Positions 1 through 8,768 of a stretch of DNA of 64,000 bases are shown here, piece by piece; position 1 is the stretch's first letter, and each line of letters starts with the position of its first letter. Below the pieces are notes generated by a model. That model made no database searches. It worked only from the letters and a program-made list of their open reading frames with translations, and was not told the DNA's origin. Position numbers and translations under genes: made by a program. Source of the stretch: Acidimicrobiales bacterium (GTDB lineage: Bacteria > Actinomycetota > Acidimicrobiia > Acidimicrobiales > SZUA-35); NCBI GenBank assembly GCA_965216685.1, contig OZ244195.1, forward strand, positions 4,896,673 to 4,960,672, in the 5' to 3' direction.

Positions 1-157
1 GGGCCAGGGCGTCGCCCAGGAAGCTCATTCCCCGCAGGACCACCCAGGTCCCGACCACCGAGGTTGTCAGCACGACGAGGAGCCCGGCGATCAAGGCGTT
101 CTGCATCACGGTGCTGGTGGTGAACGGGTTGATCCACCACTCCACTGGACCGGTCAT
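1..157 (-). CDS. Metal (Zn/Mn-type) ABC transporter permease, N-terminal fragment. The gene runs off the left edge.
   Basis: Reverse translation from ATG at 157..155 gives MTGPVEWWINPFTTSTVMQNALIAGLLVVLTTSVVGTWVVLRGMSFLGDALA. This is a ZnuB/TroC-like first TM with VLRxxSFxGDA. ATGA overlap with the stop of the upstream binding-protein gene. Confidence 0.6.
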   Translation of the reverse strand, partial: MTGPVEWWINPFTTSTVMQNALIAGLLVVLTTSVVGTWVVLRGMSFLGDALA

Positions 158-1125
158 ACCGACCTGACGCGAGCCGCCACCGCGGCGTGCTCGTCGTCGA
201 CATCGGCCCCACTCAGGGCGGCCACAATGAGTGCGGTGTTGGTCCGCATCAGGTCGGCGTAGGTCTCGAATTCGCTGCCCTCTGAACCCAGGGAGTCGGT
301 TTGCAGGGCGACGGCGGAGACACCGGCCCGGTCGGCCAGGGCGTGAGCATCCTCGCCATGGTGGCCGCCTTCGGTGAAGATGGCCGCCACTTCCTCGTCG
401 GCGATCTTGTCCGCCAGTTCATCGAGGTTGGCCGGCGTGGCCTGAGCCAGCGACGAGGTCGATGGCAAGACGGTGCCGAGGACCTCGAACCCATAGCGAT
501 CGGCGAAGCGGCCCAGGGCGTCGTGGTTGGTGATCAGCTTTCGTTGTCCCTGATCCAGGGGCTCCACCAGCGAGGCCAGTTCCTGGTCGAGCGACTCGAG
601 TTCGGACACGTAGCTCCGGGCGCAGGGCTCCACCACCTCAGGTTCCAATCCGCTTTCCAGCAGAGCCTGTTCGATGGCGGCCACCGCGCTGATGACCACG
701 GTGGGGTCGAGCCAGAGATGAGGGTCGTCGGATCCGTCACCCACATGATCGGTAAGGTACAACACTGGCGTTCCTTCGGCTTCAGCCTGCGTCAGCAGCT
801 CTTCCAACGGTTCCTCCAGCCCACCGCCGTTGGCCACGATGAGCGAGGCTGAGCCCATGGCCTCCGCCCCGGCGATTGTCGGCCGGAAGCCGTGGGGATC
901 GGCCCCGGGCGGGATCAACGGGGTGAGCGGTCCAACGGCGGTGCAACCCACGTTCTCGACCACGTCGGCCCAGATGCTGGTGGTGACCAGGACCGACGGC
1001 GTTCCCGATTGGGCCGCCACAGGGCCATCAGCGGCCTCGCTGCTGGCCCGGTCGTTGTCGGGGGCACAGGAAGCCAGGCCCAGGATCACGAACAGGCCGG
1101 CGATGGAAAGGCGACAGGATCTCAT
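154..1125 (-). CDS. Metal ABC transporter substrate-binding lipoprotein, ZnuA/TroA family.
   Basis: ORF 154..1218 trimmed to ATG 1125, with GGAGG 7 nt upstream. Signal peptide with lipobox LGLASC. TroA-family features: DPHLWLDP and an acidic/His loop GDGSDDPH. Next to zur and a Fur-type box. Confidence 0.8.
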   Translation of the reverse strand: MRSCRLSIAGLFVILGLASCAPDNDRASSEAADGPVAAQSGTPSVLVTTSIWADVVENVGCTAVGPLTPLIPPGADPHGFRPTIAGAEAMGSASLIVANGGGLEEPLEELLTQAEAEGTPVLYLTDHVGDGSDDPHLWLDPTVVISAVAAIEQALLESGLEPEVVEPCARSYVSELESLDQELASLVEPLDQGQRKLITNHDALGRFADRYGFEVLGTVLPSTSSLAQATPANLDELADKIADEEVAAIFTEGGHHGEDAHALADRAGVSAVALQTDSLGSEGSEFETYADLMRTNTALIVAALSGADVDDEHAAVAARVRSV

Positions 1126-1145
1126 AGCAGATCCTCCACCATAGT

Positions 1146-1164
1146 GAGAATGAGTCTCATTCAC
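1146..1164. promoter_or_regulatory. Fur-family (Zur-type) operator palindrome in the divergent znuA-like / zur promoter.
   Basis: GAGAATGAG-T-CTCATTCAC is a 9-1-9 inverted repeat with one mismatch. The perfect 7-1-7 core GAATGAGTCTCATTC lies at 1148..1162. It is AT-richer than its surroundings, 21 nt upstream of the znuA-like ATG and 33 nt upstream of the zur ATG. Confidence 0.6.
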
Positions 1165-1196
1165 TCCCATCGGGCCGAACAAGATACGATGAATCC

Positions 1197-1673
1197 ATGG
1201 GATCTTCCGGCGGCGCACACAGCAGCATTCATGCCGCCGTGGCTTCGCGTCTTGAACAGAGCGACTACCGGTACACGCCAGGTCGGCGCCGTCTGGTGGA
1301 GGCGCTCACCCGGGCTGCCCGTCCGGTCACGCTTCCCCAGATCGCCGCCGACATGATCGATGTGCCCCAGAGTTCGGCCTATCGCAATCTCGAGGTTCTG
1401 GAGCGGTGTGGGGTGGTCAGCCGCCTGTCGGGGACGGCCGATCATGCCCACTTCGAACTGGCCGAACCGCTGGTCGACCATCATCACCATCTGGTCTGCG
1501 TCGATTGCGGTCGCCTTGAGGACGTCCACCTCGATCAGCAGCTGGAAGACCTGGTCGACGACGAGCTGGCCAAAGCAGCGAAGGCGGCCGGTTTCACCCC
1601 CCTGCACCACAGCCTCGATCTGCACGGTTACTGCCCTGACTGCAATCCGGACTCGACCTCAGAACTACACTGA
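1197..1673 (+). CDS. zur: Fur-family metalloregulator, probably Zur.
   Basis: Winged-helix segment (LPQIAADMIDVPQSSAYRNLEVLERCGVV). Metal sites HHHHLVCVDCG and HGYCPDC (CxxC...CxxC). Context is a zinc uptake SBP and a CDF exporter. Confidence 0.75.
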   Translation: MGSSGGAHSSIHAAVASRLEQSDYRYTPGRRRLVEALTRAARPVTLPQIAADMIDVPQSSAYRNLEVLERCGVVSRLSGTADHAHFELAEPLVDHHHHLVCVDCGRLEDVHLDQQLEDLVDDELAKAAKAAGFTPLHHSLDLHGYCPDCNPDSTSELH

Positions 1674-1677
1674 AACC

Positions 1678-2658
1678 ATCGCTTCTGAGGATCACGACGA
1701 GACCCACGGCCGTAAGGGAAAGGGCGATCACAGCCACAGCCACCATGGCCACAGTCACGGCCCGAGCCTGCGGGCCGGGGCCCGTCACCTGGGTCGGCTG
1801 AAGATCGCCTTCGCCGTCATCGCCCTGTTCTTTGCGGTGGAGGCGGTGGCCGGCTGGTTGACCAACTCGTTGGCCCTGCTGTCCGACGCCGGCCACATGC
1901 TGACCGACGTCGTTGGCCTGGGTATGGCCCTGGCCGCCATCACCCTGGCCAACCGATTCGAACAGAACACCGACCGTGGCACCAGCCACACCTTCGGGCT
2001 GTACCGACTCGAGATCCTGGCCGCCTTCGTCAACGCCCTCTTGCTGTTCGCAGTGGCCATTTGGGTCCTGGTGGAGGCGGCCGGCCGGCTGCGTTCCGGC
2101 CCCGAGGTTCTTGATGGCCCGATGCTGGTGGTGGCCGCCCTCGGCCTGGTGGCCAATCTGGTGGCCTTCGCCCTGCTGCGGGAAGGGGCCAAGGAGTCAA
2201 TCAACCTGGAGGGGGCCTACTTGGAGGTTCTGGCCGACACCGTCGGCTCGGTTGGCGTCATCGTCGCCGCCCTGTTGATTCGCTTCTTCGGTTGGGGCTG
2301 GGCCGACCCTCTTATCGCCGCTCTTATCGGGCTCTGGATCCTGCCCCGGACCTGGCGCCTGGGTCGCAACGCGGTGCGTATCCTGTTGCAGGCCGCTCCC
2401 GAACACATCAGCCTGGAACGTCTCCGCCACGATCTGGGGTCCATACAGGGCGTGCTCGACGTGCACGACTTGCACGTGTGGACCCTGACCTCGGAGATGG
2501 ATGCGGCATCGGCCCATCTGAAGACCACCGATGACAGCGATCTCCATGGTGTCCTCGATGAAGCCAGAGACCTCCTGGCCGACACCTACGGCATCGATCA
2601 CGCCACCCTGCAGGTGGAGCCGGAAAGCCACGTCGGCTGCGAACAGGTCAGCTGGTAG
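1678..2658 (+). CDS. Cation diffusion facilitator (CzcD/ZitB-type) Zn/Co/Cd efflux transporter. The 5' end is unresolved.
   Basis: His-rich N-terminus HDETHGRKGKGDHSHSHHGHSHG. TM1-TM2 motif SLALLSDAGHMLTDV. TM5 LEVLADTVGS. C-terminal domain VHDLHVWTL...ASAHL. There is no ATG/GTG/TTG in frame between the zur stop and TM1, so coordinate 1678 (ATC) is a placeholder. Confidence 0.8.
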   Translation: MASEDHDETHGRKGKGDHSHSHHGHSHGPSLRAGARHLGRLKIAFAVIALFFAVEAVAGWLTNSLALLSDAGHMLTDVVGLGMALAAITLANRFEQNTDRGTSHTFGLYRLEILAAFVNALLLFAVAIWVLVEAAGRLRSGPEVLDGPMLVVAALGLVANLVAFALLREGAKESINLEGAYLEVLADTVGSVGVIVAALLIRFFGWGWADPLIAALIGLWILPRTWRLGRNAVRILLQAAPEHISLERLRHDLGSIQGVLDVHDLHVWTLTSEMDAASAHLKTTDDSDLHGVLDEARDLLADTYGIDHATLQVEPESHVGCEQVSW

Positions 2659-2690
2659 CCGGCCGCCGGCTGGTCGCCGACCCCATTCTT

Positions 2691-2727
2691 GCAGTAGAAA
2701 ACGAGGCCCCGCCTCGTTTTCTACTGC
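2691..2727. terminator. Bidirectional hairpin between the convergent CDF and sigma genes.
   Basis: GCAGTAGAAAACGAGGC-ccc-GCCTCGTTTTCTACTGC forms a perfect 17-bp stem. It overlaps the TAG stop of the sigma gene. Confidence 0.6.
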
Positions 2728-3626
2728 GAGATCTGGTGGTTGAGCCATGACCGGTGGAAGAAGGCCAGCTTCTCGGGGTTCAGAATGGCGTAGGACGCCG
2801 TCACCTTGCCGTCGACCCAGTTGGTGGTCACCAGCATGAACGGCTGACCGTGGTTGGTGGTGTACATGGCCGACTGGCCGTTGGCCTGCACGGCGTGGAA
2901 CTCCATGGTCGGTTCCCAACGGGTGGCCAGTTTGATGAACAGCCGGGCCACCCGGTTGGCGCCGACGATCGGTACCCGGGCCGCCCGCCTATCAGCCCCA
3001 CCGTCCGACAGATGCACGATGTCGTCGGCCAGGAACGATTCCAGCGCTTCGACGTCGCCGCTCATGGTGGCGGCCAGCATCAGTTGGGTCAGCCGCTCGA
3101 TGTCGGCCGGATCGGCGGTGAACCGGGGCCGACCGTCGGCGATGTGGTCCCGGGCCCGTTTGGCCAGCTGGCGGACGGCGGCCGGGGTCCGATCGATGAT
3201 TTCGGCCACCTCGGCCAGCGGGTAGCCGAACACGTCGTGCAGGAGGAACACCGCTCGCTCCAGCGGTGACACCCGTTCCAGGACGGCCAGGAAGCCCAGT
3301 GACAGCGACTCGGCCAGGATGGCGGCATCGTCGGGCCCTTCGGCCAGTGACGGTTCGCCCTCGATGGGCCCGGGCAGCCACGGACCGACATAGGTCTCCC
3401 GCCGGCGGCGGGCCGACCGGAGCCGGTCGATCGACATCCTGGTGACCACCGTTGTCAGCCAGGCCGCCGGGTTCTCGATAACCGTCGGCTGAGCAGCCGA
3501 GAAACGGATCCAGGCCTCCTGCACGATGTCGTCGGCATCGTCCGGCGTCCCCAACATCCGGTAGGCGATGGCCCGCAGCCGGGGCCGCTCGGCCTCGAAC
3601 GTCACAGTGGCCGGGGTGGGATCCAT
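2721..3626 (-). CDS. ECF sigma factor of the SigJ/ECF41 type, with a C-terminal SnoaL/NTF2-like extension.
   Basis: Region 2 is DDIVQEAWIRF and region 4 is ERAVFLLHDVFGYPLAEVAEIIDRTPAAVRQLAKRAR, followed by a roughly 110-aa NTF2-like tail. ATG 3626 lies 1 nt after the stop of the upstream oxidoreductase. Confidence 0.85.
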   Translation of the reverse strand: MDPTPATVTFEAERPRLRAIAYRMLGTPDDADDIVQEAWIRFSAAQPTVIENPAAWLTTVVTRMSIDRLRSARRRRETYVGPWLPGPIEGEPSLAEGPDDAAILAESLSLGFLAVLERVSPLERAVFLLHDVFGYPLAEVAEIIDRTPAAVRQLAKRARDHIADGRPRFTADPADIERLTQLMLAATMSGDVEALESFLADDIVHLSDGGADRRAARVPIVGANRVARLFIKLATRWEPTMEFHAVQANGQSAMYTTNHGQPFMLVTTNWVDGKVTASYAILNPEKLAFFHRSWLNHQISQ

Positions 3627-3627
3627 G

Positions 3628-4842
3628 TCACACCCCGACCCGACCAGCGAGGTGGGCCAAGGCGGCCTGGGCCGCCATCGAGGCGCTGGCCACGGCGGCG
3701 TCGGCCAGATGACCGATCGGTCCCACCCAATCCCCGGCCAGGAAGACGTTGTCATGCCCGCTGTCGGTCACCAGCGGTCGACCGGCCATTCCCCCGCCGG
3801 CCGCGGTGGGTTGGGCCGATACCGGTGTCATCCGGTGCAGCGAGCGTGACATGATCACATCGTCGTCACCAACACCGGCATGACGGGCGAAGGCGGCCAG
3901 GGCGCCGGTATCGGGCTCGTCTCCCTCGCCCAGATACTGCAGCACTGCGCCGTGATGGCGATCCGGTGGGGCCAGCTCGGCTGCAGCCGAATGATTCGAG
4001 AAGTAGAACGGCACGTCACCTCCGAGGACAAAATCATGGCCCGGACGGCGCCGCAATCCCAGATCGAGGCAACTGGCTTGTGCCGGTGGACCGACGTCGA
4101 AGCGGCGGCCCAACAGCGCCTCGGCCGTCCGGGGACCACCAGCGGCGATGACCACGGCCCGGGCATCGGGCAAGGCCGCCACCGGTGTGCCGGCCCGAAC
4201 CTGGACCCCAGCCATGGCGGCCAGCTGGTCGATCAAGGTCTGCCAGCCGCGGTGCAGGTAGATGACTCCTTGGCCCAGCGCCCTCTGCATCTGCGATACG
4301 GCCACGTCGGCACTCATTTGATCAGGATGGCTGGAGTAGGTGGTCAGTCGGACAAGGGCCATGATCATGGTCGCCGCCCGTTCGTCGGTCACCGAGTCGG
4401 CCACCCAGTCGCTCACCGTGAGGTCGGCATACTCCCAGGCTTTGAGCTTGGGTAGCCGAGCCAGGTTGCGGGCTATCTCGATCTTGGCCCGGCCACCCAG
4501 CGCCCTGGTTTGCAGCAGACTGCTCGGTCCGGCCGGGGCGACATGGGTCTGACCGTCGAAGACAATGCGTCCCTTGATCGGCGGCCGTCCTCCATCGATC
4601 TTCACCCCCAGCTCCCGGAGGATATTGTCGGCCGGTCCACCCCGGTAGAGGGCGTGAGGCCCCTGGTTGAGGGTGAAGCCGTCCTTCTCGGTGCTCCGGG
4701 CGTCACCTCCCGGTACACCCAGTTTCTCGTGGACCACCACCGATCGGCCGGCCAGGGCCACGGTGGCCGCCGCGGTCAGACCGGCCAGCCCGCCGCCGAC
4801 GATCACCACATCAGGATCCGACATGTTCGTGTTCTCGCTCAT
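3628..4842 (-). CDS. NAD(P)/FAD-dependent oxidoreductase (phytoene-desaturase/amine-oxidase superfamily).
   Basis: Dinucleotide fold DVVIVGGGLAGLTAAATVALAGRSVVVHEKLGVPGG. C-terminal FLAGDW motif. Start is ambiguous (4887, 4842 or 4824); third-position GC is low upstream of 4842. Confidence 0.75.
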   Translation of the reverse strand: MSENTNMSDPDVVIVGGGLAGLTAAATVALAGRSVVVHEKLGVPGGDARSTEKDGFTLNQGPHALYRGGPADNILRELGVKIDGGRPPIKGRIVFDGQTHVAPAGPSSLLQTRALGGRAKIEIARNLARLPKLKAWEYADLTVSDWVADSVTDERAATMIMALVRLTTYSSHPDQMSADVAVSQMQRALGQGVIYLHRGWQTLIDQLAAMAGVQVRAGTPVAALPDARAVVIAAGGPRTAEALLGRRFDVGPPAQASCLDLGLRRRPGHDFVLGGDVPFYFSNHSAAAELAPPDRHHGAVLQYLGEGDEPDTGALAAFARHAGVGDDDVIMSRSLHRMTPVSAQPTAAGGGMAGRPLVTDSGHDNVFLAGDWVGPIGHLADAAVASASMAAQAALAHLAGRVGV

Positions 4843-4896
4843 GGTTGATCGACGAGACAGCCCGGCCCGATGTGACATCGATTTCATGGGCCGCAG

Positions 4897-6042
4897 TCAG
4901 GCTTCCAGCTGAGCCTTGAGGGACTCGACGGCCTCGATGAACTCGGTCACCATGTCGAACACCACCTGAGCCGACGTCTTGCGTTGGTTCATAGTGCCGA
5001 CGATCTGGCCCACGAAGTAGTTGGCCAGCTTCTCCGCCCCCGAACCTTCGGAGTGGGCGGCCCGGGCTATTCGTCGCTGGGCCCGGGCGGTCAGGACGGG
5101 CTGCATCGGCATGCCCAGCGGGTCGGGGGTGTCGTTCCGTTCCCACTCATCGGTCCAAGCTGAGCGCAACATTCGGGCGTGTTTGCCGGTCAACGACCGG
5201 GAGCGGATGGTGTCGGCCGATGTGGCGGCCAGGAACTTGTCCTTGACCACCGGGTGGGTTTCGGCCTCGTCGGTGGTCAGCCACACCGACCCGCACCACA
5301 CGCCTTCAGCCCCCAACGCCATGGCCGCCGCCATCTGACGGCCCCGGCCGATGCCCCCGGCCCCCAGAACCGGGATGTCGACGGCATCCACGATCTCCGG
5401 GATCAACACCATCGAGCCGATCTCGCCCGTGTGGCCGCCGGCCTCATAGCCCTGGGCGATGATCAGGTCGACGCCGGCGTTCTGGTGGCGCTCGGCGTGC
5501 GACGGTCGACCGGCCAGAGCGCCCACCAACCGGCCTTCGGCCTGGCAGCGGTCGATCAGGAACTGGGGCGGCGGACCCAGGGCGTTGGCCACGAACACCG
5601 TGTTGTGGGCCAGGGCGATGTCGAGCTGGGGGCCGGCGGCATTGGCCGAGAACGGGGCGTCGGCCCCCGATCCGGAAATCTCGGTGTTGGCTCGAACCGT
5701 TTCGTCGTCGGGTAAATCGGGGACGTCGTAGCGGGCCAGGATGTCGTCAACGAATTCGGCGTGCTCGGCCGGGATCAACCTCCGGATGTCGTCCATGGTG
5801 AACCCGCCGTCGCCGTCGCCAGCGTACTTGGCCGGGACGATGAGGTCGACCCCGTAGGGCCGATCGCCGATCTGGTCCTCAATCCAGGCCAGGTCGGTTT
5901 CCAGATCCTCCGGTGTGTGGGCTACCGCCCCCAGGACGCCCATCCCTCCGGCCTTGGTCACGGCGGCCACCACGTCCCGGCAGTGGCTGAAGGCCAGGAT
6001 GGGAAACTCGATGTCGAACAGCTCGGTGACGGCTGTTTTCAT
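4897..6042 (-). CDS. Nitronate monooxygenase / NPD-family FMN oxidoreductase.
   Basis: FPILAFSHCRD, GGMGVLGA, IIAQGYEAGGHTG, PVLGAGGIGRGRQMAAAMALGAEGVWCGS. GAGGAG RBS 6 nt upstream of the ATG. Confidence 0.85.
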   Translation of the reverse strand: MKTAVTELFDIEFPILAFSHCRDVVAAVTKAGGMGVLGAVAHTPEDLETDLAWIEDQIGDRPYGVDLIVPAKYAGDGDGGFTMDDIRRLIPAEHAEFVDDILARYDVPDLPDDETVRANTEISGSGADAPFSANAAGPQLDIALAHNTVFVANALGPPPQFLIDRCQAEGRLVGALAGRPSHAERHQNAGVDLIIAQGYEAGGHTGEIGSMVLIPEIVDAVDIPVLGAGGIGRGRQMAAAMALGAEGVWCGSVWLTTDEAETHPVVKDKFLAATSADTIRSRSLTGKHARMLRSAWTDEWERNDTPDPLGMPMQPVLTARAQRRIARAAHSEGSGAEKLANYFVGQIVGTMNQRKTSAQVVFDMVTEFIEAVESLKAQLEA

Positions 6043-6044
6043 GA

Positions 6045-7316
6045 CTACTCCTCGTTGTTGCGACCGTGTCGGTAGGCGGTCTGGGTTTCGACCCAGCTCA
6101 GGCCCCGCTGAACGTCGGGCTCCCGAGGAAGCCCGAGAACCTGTTCGGCCACGATGTTGCGCTGAATGGCCCAGGTCCCGCCCCCCAGGGTGAGGGCCGG
6201 CGACACCAGGTAGCCATAGTGCCAGATGGGATCGACGTCCGGGAACTGGCTGTCGGCGCCCCGACCGAAGTTGATCTCGGTGATGCCGTTGCGCTCAGCG
6301 GCCGGCACCGCGCCGGCCGGGCCCGAACCCTCCAGCATCCCGTCGGCTCCCTGCAGATCTTTGGCCAGCTCCATCACCTCCTGGCCGTGTTCGTCGGCCA
6401 TCAGCTTCTGGATCGAGGCCTCGGCTCCCGGGGTCCGACCCTGGAGTTTGGCGCTCAGGGTGCGCAGCCGGTTGAGCCGCAGGACCTCGGCGTTGCAGTG
6501 CAGTCGGGCCAGTCGCTGCCTCACCATCGGATCGCTGATCGGGTCACCGTCGCGCACCAGGTCGAGCAGAGTGTGGGCCGATGGTCCCTCGCCCCACAGC
6601 GAACCGGCGGCCGACAACGACACCCGCTCGTTGGACAACGTCACCTTGGCCAACCGCCAACCCTCACCCTCGGCCCCTATCCGGTGGGACTCGTGGAGGC
6701 GAACGTCGTCGAAGAACACCTGGTTGAAGGAGTGAGCGGTGGCCATGTCGGTAATGGGCGACAGCGTGATGCCCGGGGTGTCCATGGGGCATACGAAGTA
6801 GGAGATCCCCCGGTGTTTGGGCGCTTGGGGGTCGGTGCGGGCGATCAGGATTCCCATCTGGGACCGGTGGGCTCCGCTCGACCAGATCTTGGAACCGTTG
6901 ATCACGTACTCATCGCCGTCTCGCTCGGCTCGAGTTGCGAGGTTGGCCAGGTCGGAACCGGCGTCGGGTTCGGAGAACAGCTGGCACCAGATCTCCTCGT
7001 GATTGAAGATCTTGGGAAGATAGCGCTGCTTCTGTTCCTCGGTTCCGGCCGCCAGGATGGTGGGGGCGGCCCAGCCGATGCCGATGGCGTTGCTGGCCGA
7101 GGCGTGATCGGGTCGTTCGATTGTCAGGTCGGCCAGCTCCTGGGCGATGATCACCTGGTGCACCGGGTCGGCGTTGAGGCCCCACGGTTCGGGCCAGTGG
7201 GGCACCACATAGCCGGCGTCGGCCAGGTCCTGTTGCGTTGGTTCGGGGTGGGCGGCCCGCCAGCGTCGCACCGCCAGCCGGCGAGGGTCGTCGTCGGGCG
7301 GGAAGTCGAAGTCCAT
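6045..7316 (-). CDS. Acyl-CoA dehydrogenase (AtuD/LiuA-like position).
   Basis: ORF 6045..7523 trimmed to MDFDFPPDDD. Motifs: IWCQLFSEPDAGSDLANLATRAERDGDEYVINGSKIWSSGA and C-terminal GGGTWAIQRNIVAE. Confidence 0.85.
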   Translation of the reverse strand: MDFDFPPDDDPRRLAVRRWRAAHPEPTQQDLADAGYVVPHWPEPWGLNADPVHQVIIAQELADLTIERPDHASASNAIGIGWAAPTILAAGTEEQKQRYLPKIFNHEEIWCQLFSEPDAGSDLANLATRAERDGDEYVINGSKIWSSGAHRSQMGILIARTDPQAPKHRGISYFVCPMDTPGITLSPITDMATAHSFNQVFFDDVRLHESHRIGAEGEGWRLAKVTLSNERVSLSAAGSLWGEGPSAHTLLDLVRDGDPISDPMVRQRLARLHCNAEVLRLNRLRTLSAKLQGRTPGAEASIQKLMADEHGQEVMELAKDLQGADGMLEGSGPAGAVPAAERNGITEINFGRGADSQFPDVDPIWHYGYLVSPALTLGGGTWAIQRNIVAEQVLGLPREPDVQRGLSWVETQTAYRHGRNNEE

Positions 7317-7326
7317 GATCGTCGGG

Positions 7327-8115
7327 TTATCCTTTCTGCCCGCCACGGTCGACCGTCCACGACGGCGGTCGTTTCTCCAGATAGGCCGCCATTCCCTCGG
7401 CTGCTTCGGTCCTGGCGAACAGTTGGCCCGACAGTTCGCTCGTCCACCGGAAGGCCTCGTCGACCGCCATGGTGGGTACCCGGGCCAGAAGCTGCTTGGC
7501 TGCCGCCAGCGCATTGGGCCCACCGGCCAGGAGATCGCCGACCACCTCGTCGACGGCCGGGTCGAGTTCGGCGGCCGGGACGGCCCGGTTGATCAGGCCG
7601 ATCCTGGCTGCTTCCGACGCCGGGAAACGGCGACCCCGCAGGATGGCGTCGGCTGCGTCGGCCGCCTGCATCTTGGGCAGGCAGAGCACCGAGATCATGG
7701 CCGGTGCCACCCCGACGCGGACTTCGGTGAAGCCCATCTTCACGTCGTCGACCGCCACCGAGATGTCCATGGCGGCGGCCAGCCCCATCCCGCCGGCCAC
7801 GCAGTGACCGGCGATGCGACCGACGAACGGCTTGGCCGACTGGGCGAAGCGGCTGAAGAGGCGGACGGCTGCTGTGTTGTCGATCGACGATGCCCCGGAT
7901 CTGCTGCTGGAGCGATGGCTCAGGTCGGCCCCGGCGCAGAACACCCGACCCCGGTTGGTCAACACCACCACCCGTACCGTGTCGTCGGCCTCGGCGCCGT
8001 CGATGGCGGCGTTCAGCTGTTCGACCAGCTCGGCGCTCAGGGCGTTGCGCCGCTCCTGATCGACGAGGGTGATGGTGCAGACACCGCCTTCGACCGCCGA
8101 CTCGACGCAGTTCAT
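7327..8115 (-). CDS. Enoyl-CoA hydratase/isomerase (crotonase; AtuE/LiuC-like position).
   Basis: ITLVDQERRNAL, VVVLTNRGRVFCAGADL, GHCVAGGMGLAAAMD. Confidence 0.85.
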   Translation of the reverse strand: MNCVESAVEGGVCTITLVDQERRNALSAELVEQLNAAIDGAEADDTVRVVVLTNRGRVFCAGADLSHRSSSRSGASSIDNTAAVRLFSRFAQSAKPFVGRIAGHCVAGGMGLAAAMDISVAVDDVKMGFTEVRVGVAPAMISVLCLPKMQAADAADAILRGRRFPASEAARIGLINRAVPAAELDPAVDEVVGDLLAGGPNALAAAKQLLARVPTMAVDEAFRWTSELSGQLFARTEAAEGMAAYLEKRPPSWTVDRGGQKG

Positions 8116-8768
8116 GGTGCTCTCCTCAGTCCGTCCAGTACGAGGTCGACCATGGCGTTGGCGCTGCGGGCCGGTGAGTGGTCCAGGCGACCAAGCACCT
8201 CAGGCCGGGCGAAATCCCGCCCCAGTCCACCCAGCATCCGGGCCAGAGCCGCGGTGTCGACCGGTCGACCGATCTCGCCCAGCTCGACGGCCCGATCGAG
8301 CAGGGCTCTGGTCACGTCGATCAGATAGTTGCTGTGGGCCTCGTTGAGGGCCACACCTTCGTCGATGGCCGCCATGTCGGCGGCGAACTCCGGAGTCACC
8401 CGGCTGACTGCGTTGTTGGCGGCATGCAGGTAGGCCCCGATGGCTTGAAGCGCCGTCATCTCGTCGGTCACCGCGCTGTGGGCCGCCCGGCCGTGGTCGC
8501 GTAGTACCCGGTCGATGACCATGACCACCATCTGGTTGCGGCCGGCGGCCAGGGTGTAGAGGGTGCGGAGCGAGCAGTTGAGACGAGCGGCCAGGTCGGC
8601 CATCGTCATGTCGATGAACCCGGCGACGGCCAACAGGCGGGCCAGCTCATCGAGAAGTTCCCGCTGGCGGGCGGTCAACTCGGCCTCCCGCTGTCGGGAC
8701 AACACCGGGCGGGGCGGCGCCACGGCCTTCATCACGTCGATGACCGAGCTGGCGGTCGAGGCCTTCAC
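8112..8768 (-). CDS. TetR-family transcriptional regulator embedded in the operon (AtuR-like position).
   Basis: HTH MADLAARLNCSLRTLYTLAAGRNQ. GTGA overlap with the upstream gene and ATGA overlap with the downstream gene. Confidence 0.8.
   Translation of the reverse strand: MKASTASSVIDVMKAVAPPRPVLSRQREAELTARQRELLDELARLLAVAGFIDMTMADLAARLNCSLRTLYTLAAGRNQMVVMVIDRVLRDHGRAAHSAVTDEMTALQAIGAYLHAANNAVSRVTPEFAADMAAIDEGVALNEAHSNYLIDVTRALLDRAVELGEIGRPVDTAALARMLGGLGRDFARPEVLGRLDHSPARSANAMVDLVLDGLRRAP

Noticed and set aside
6066-7592. 508-aa ORF on the plus strand.
   Set aside because: It is antisense to a clearly recognisable acyl-CoA dehydrogenase and crotonase. Its composition is Arg/Gly/Pro-rich and low-complexity, typical of shadow ORFs in GC-rich DNA, and it has no family resemblance. 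The same reasoning applies to 11199..12563, 18266..19360, 53037..54575, 8972..9826, 43733..44308 and most other long antisense ORFs in the track.
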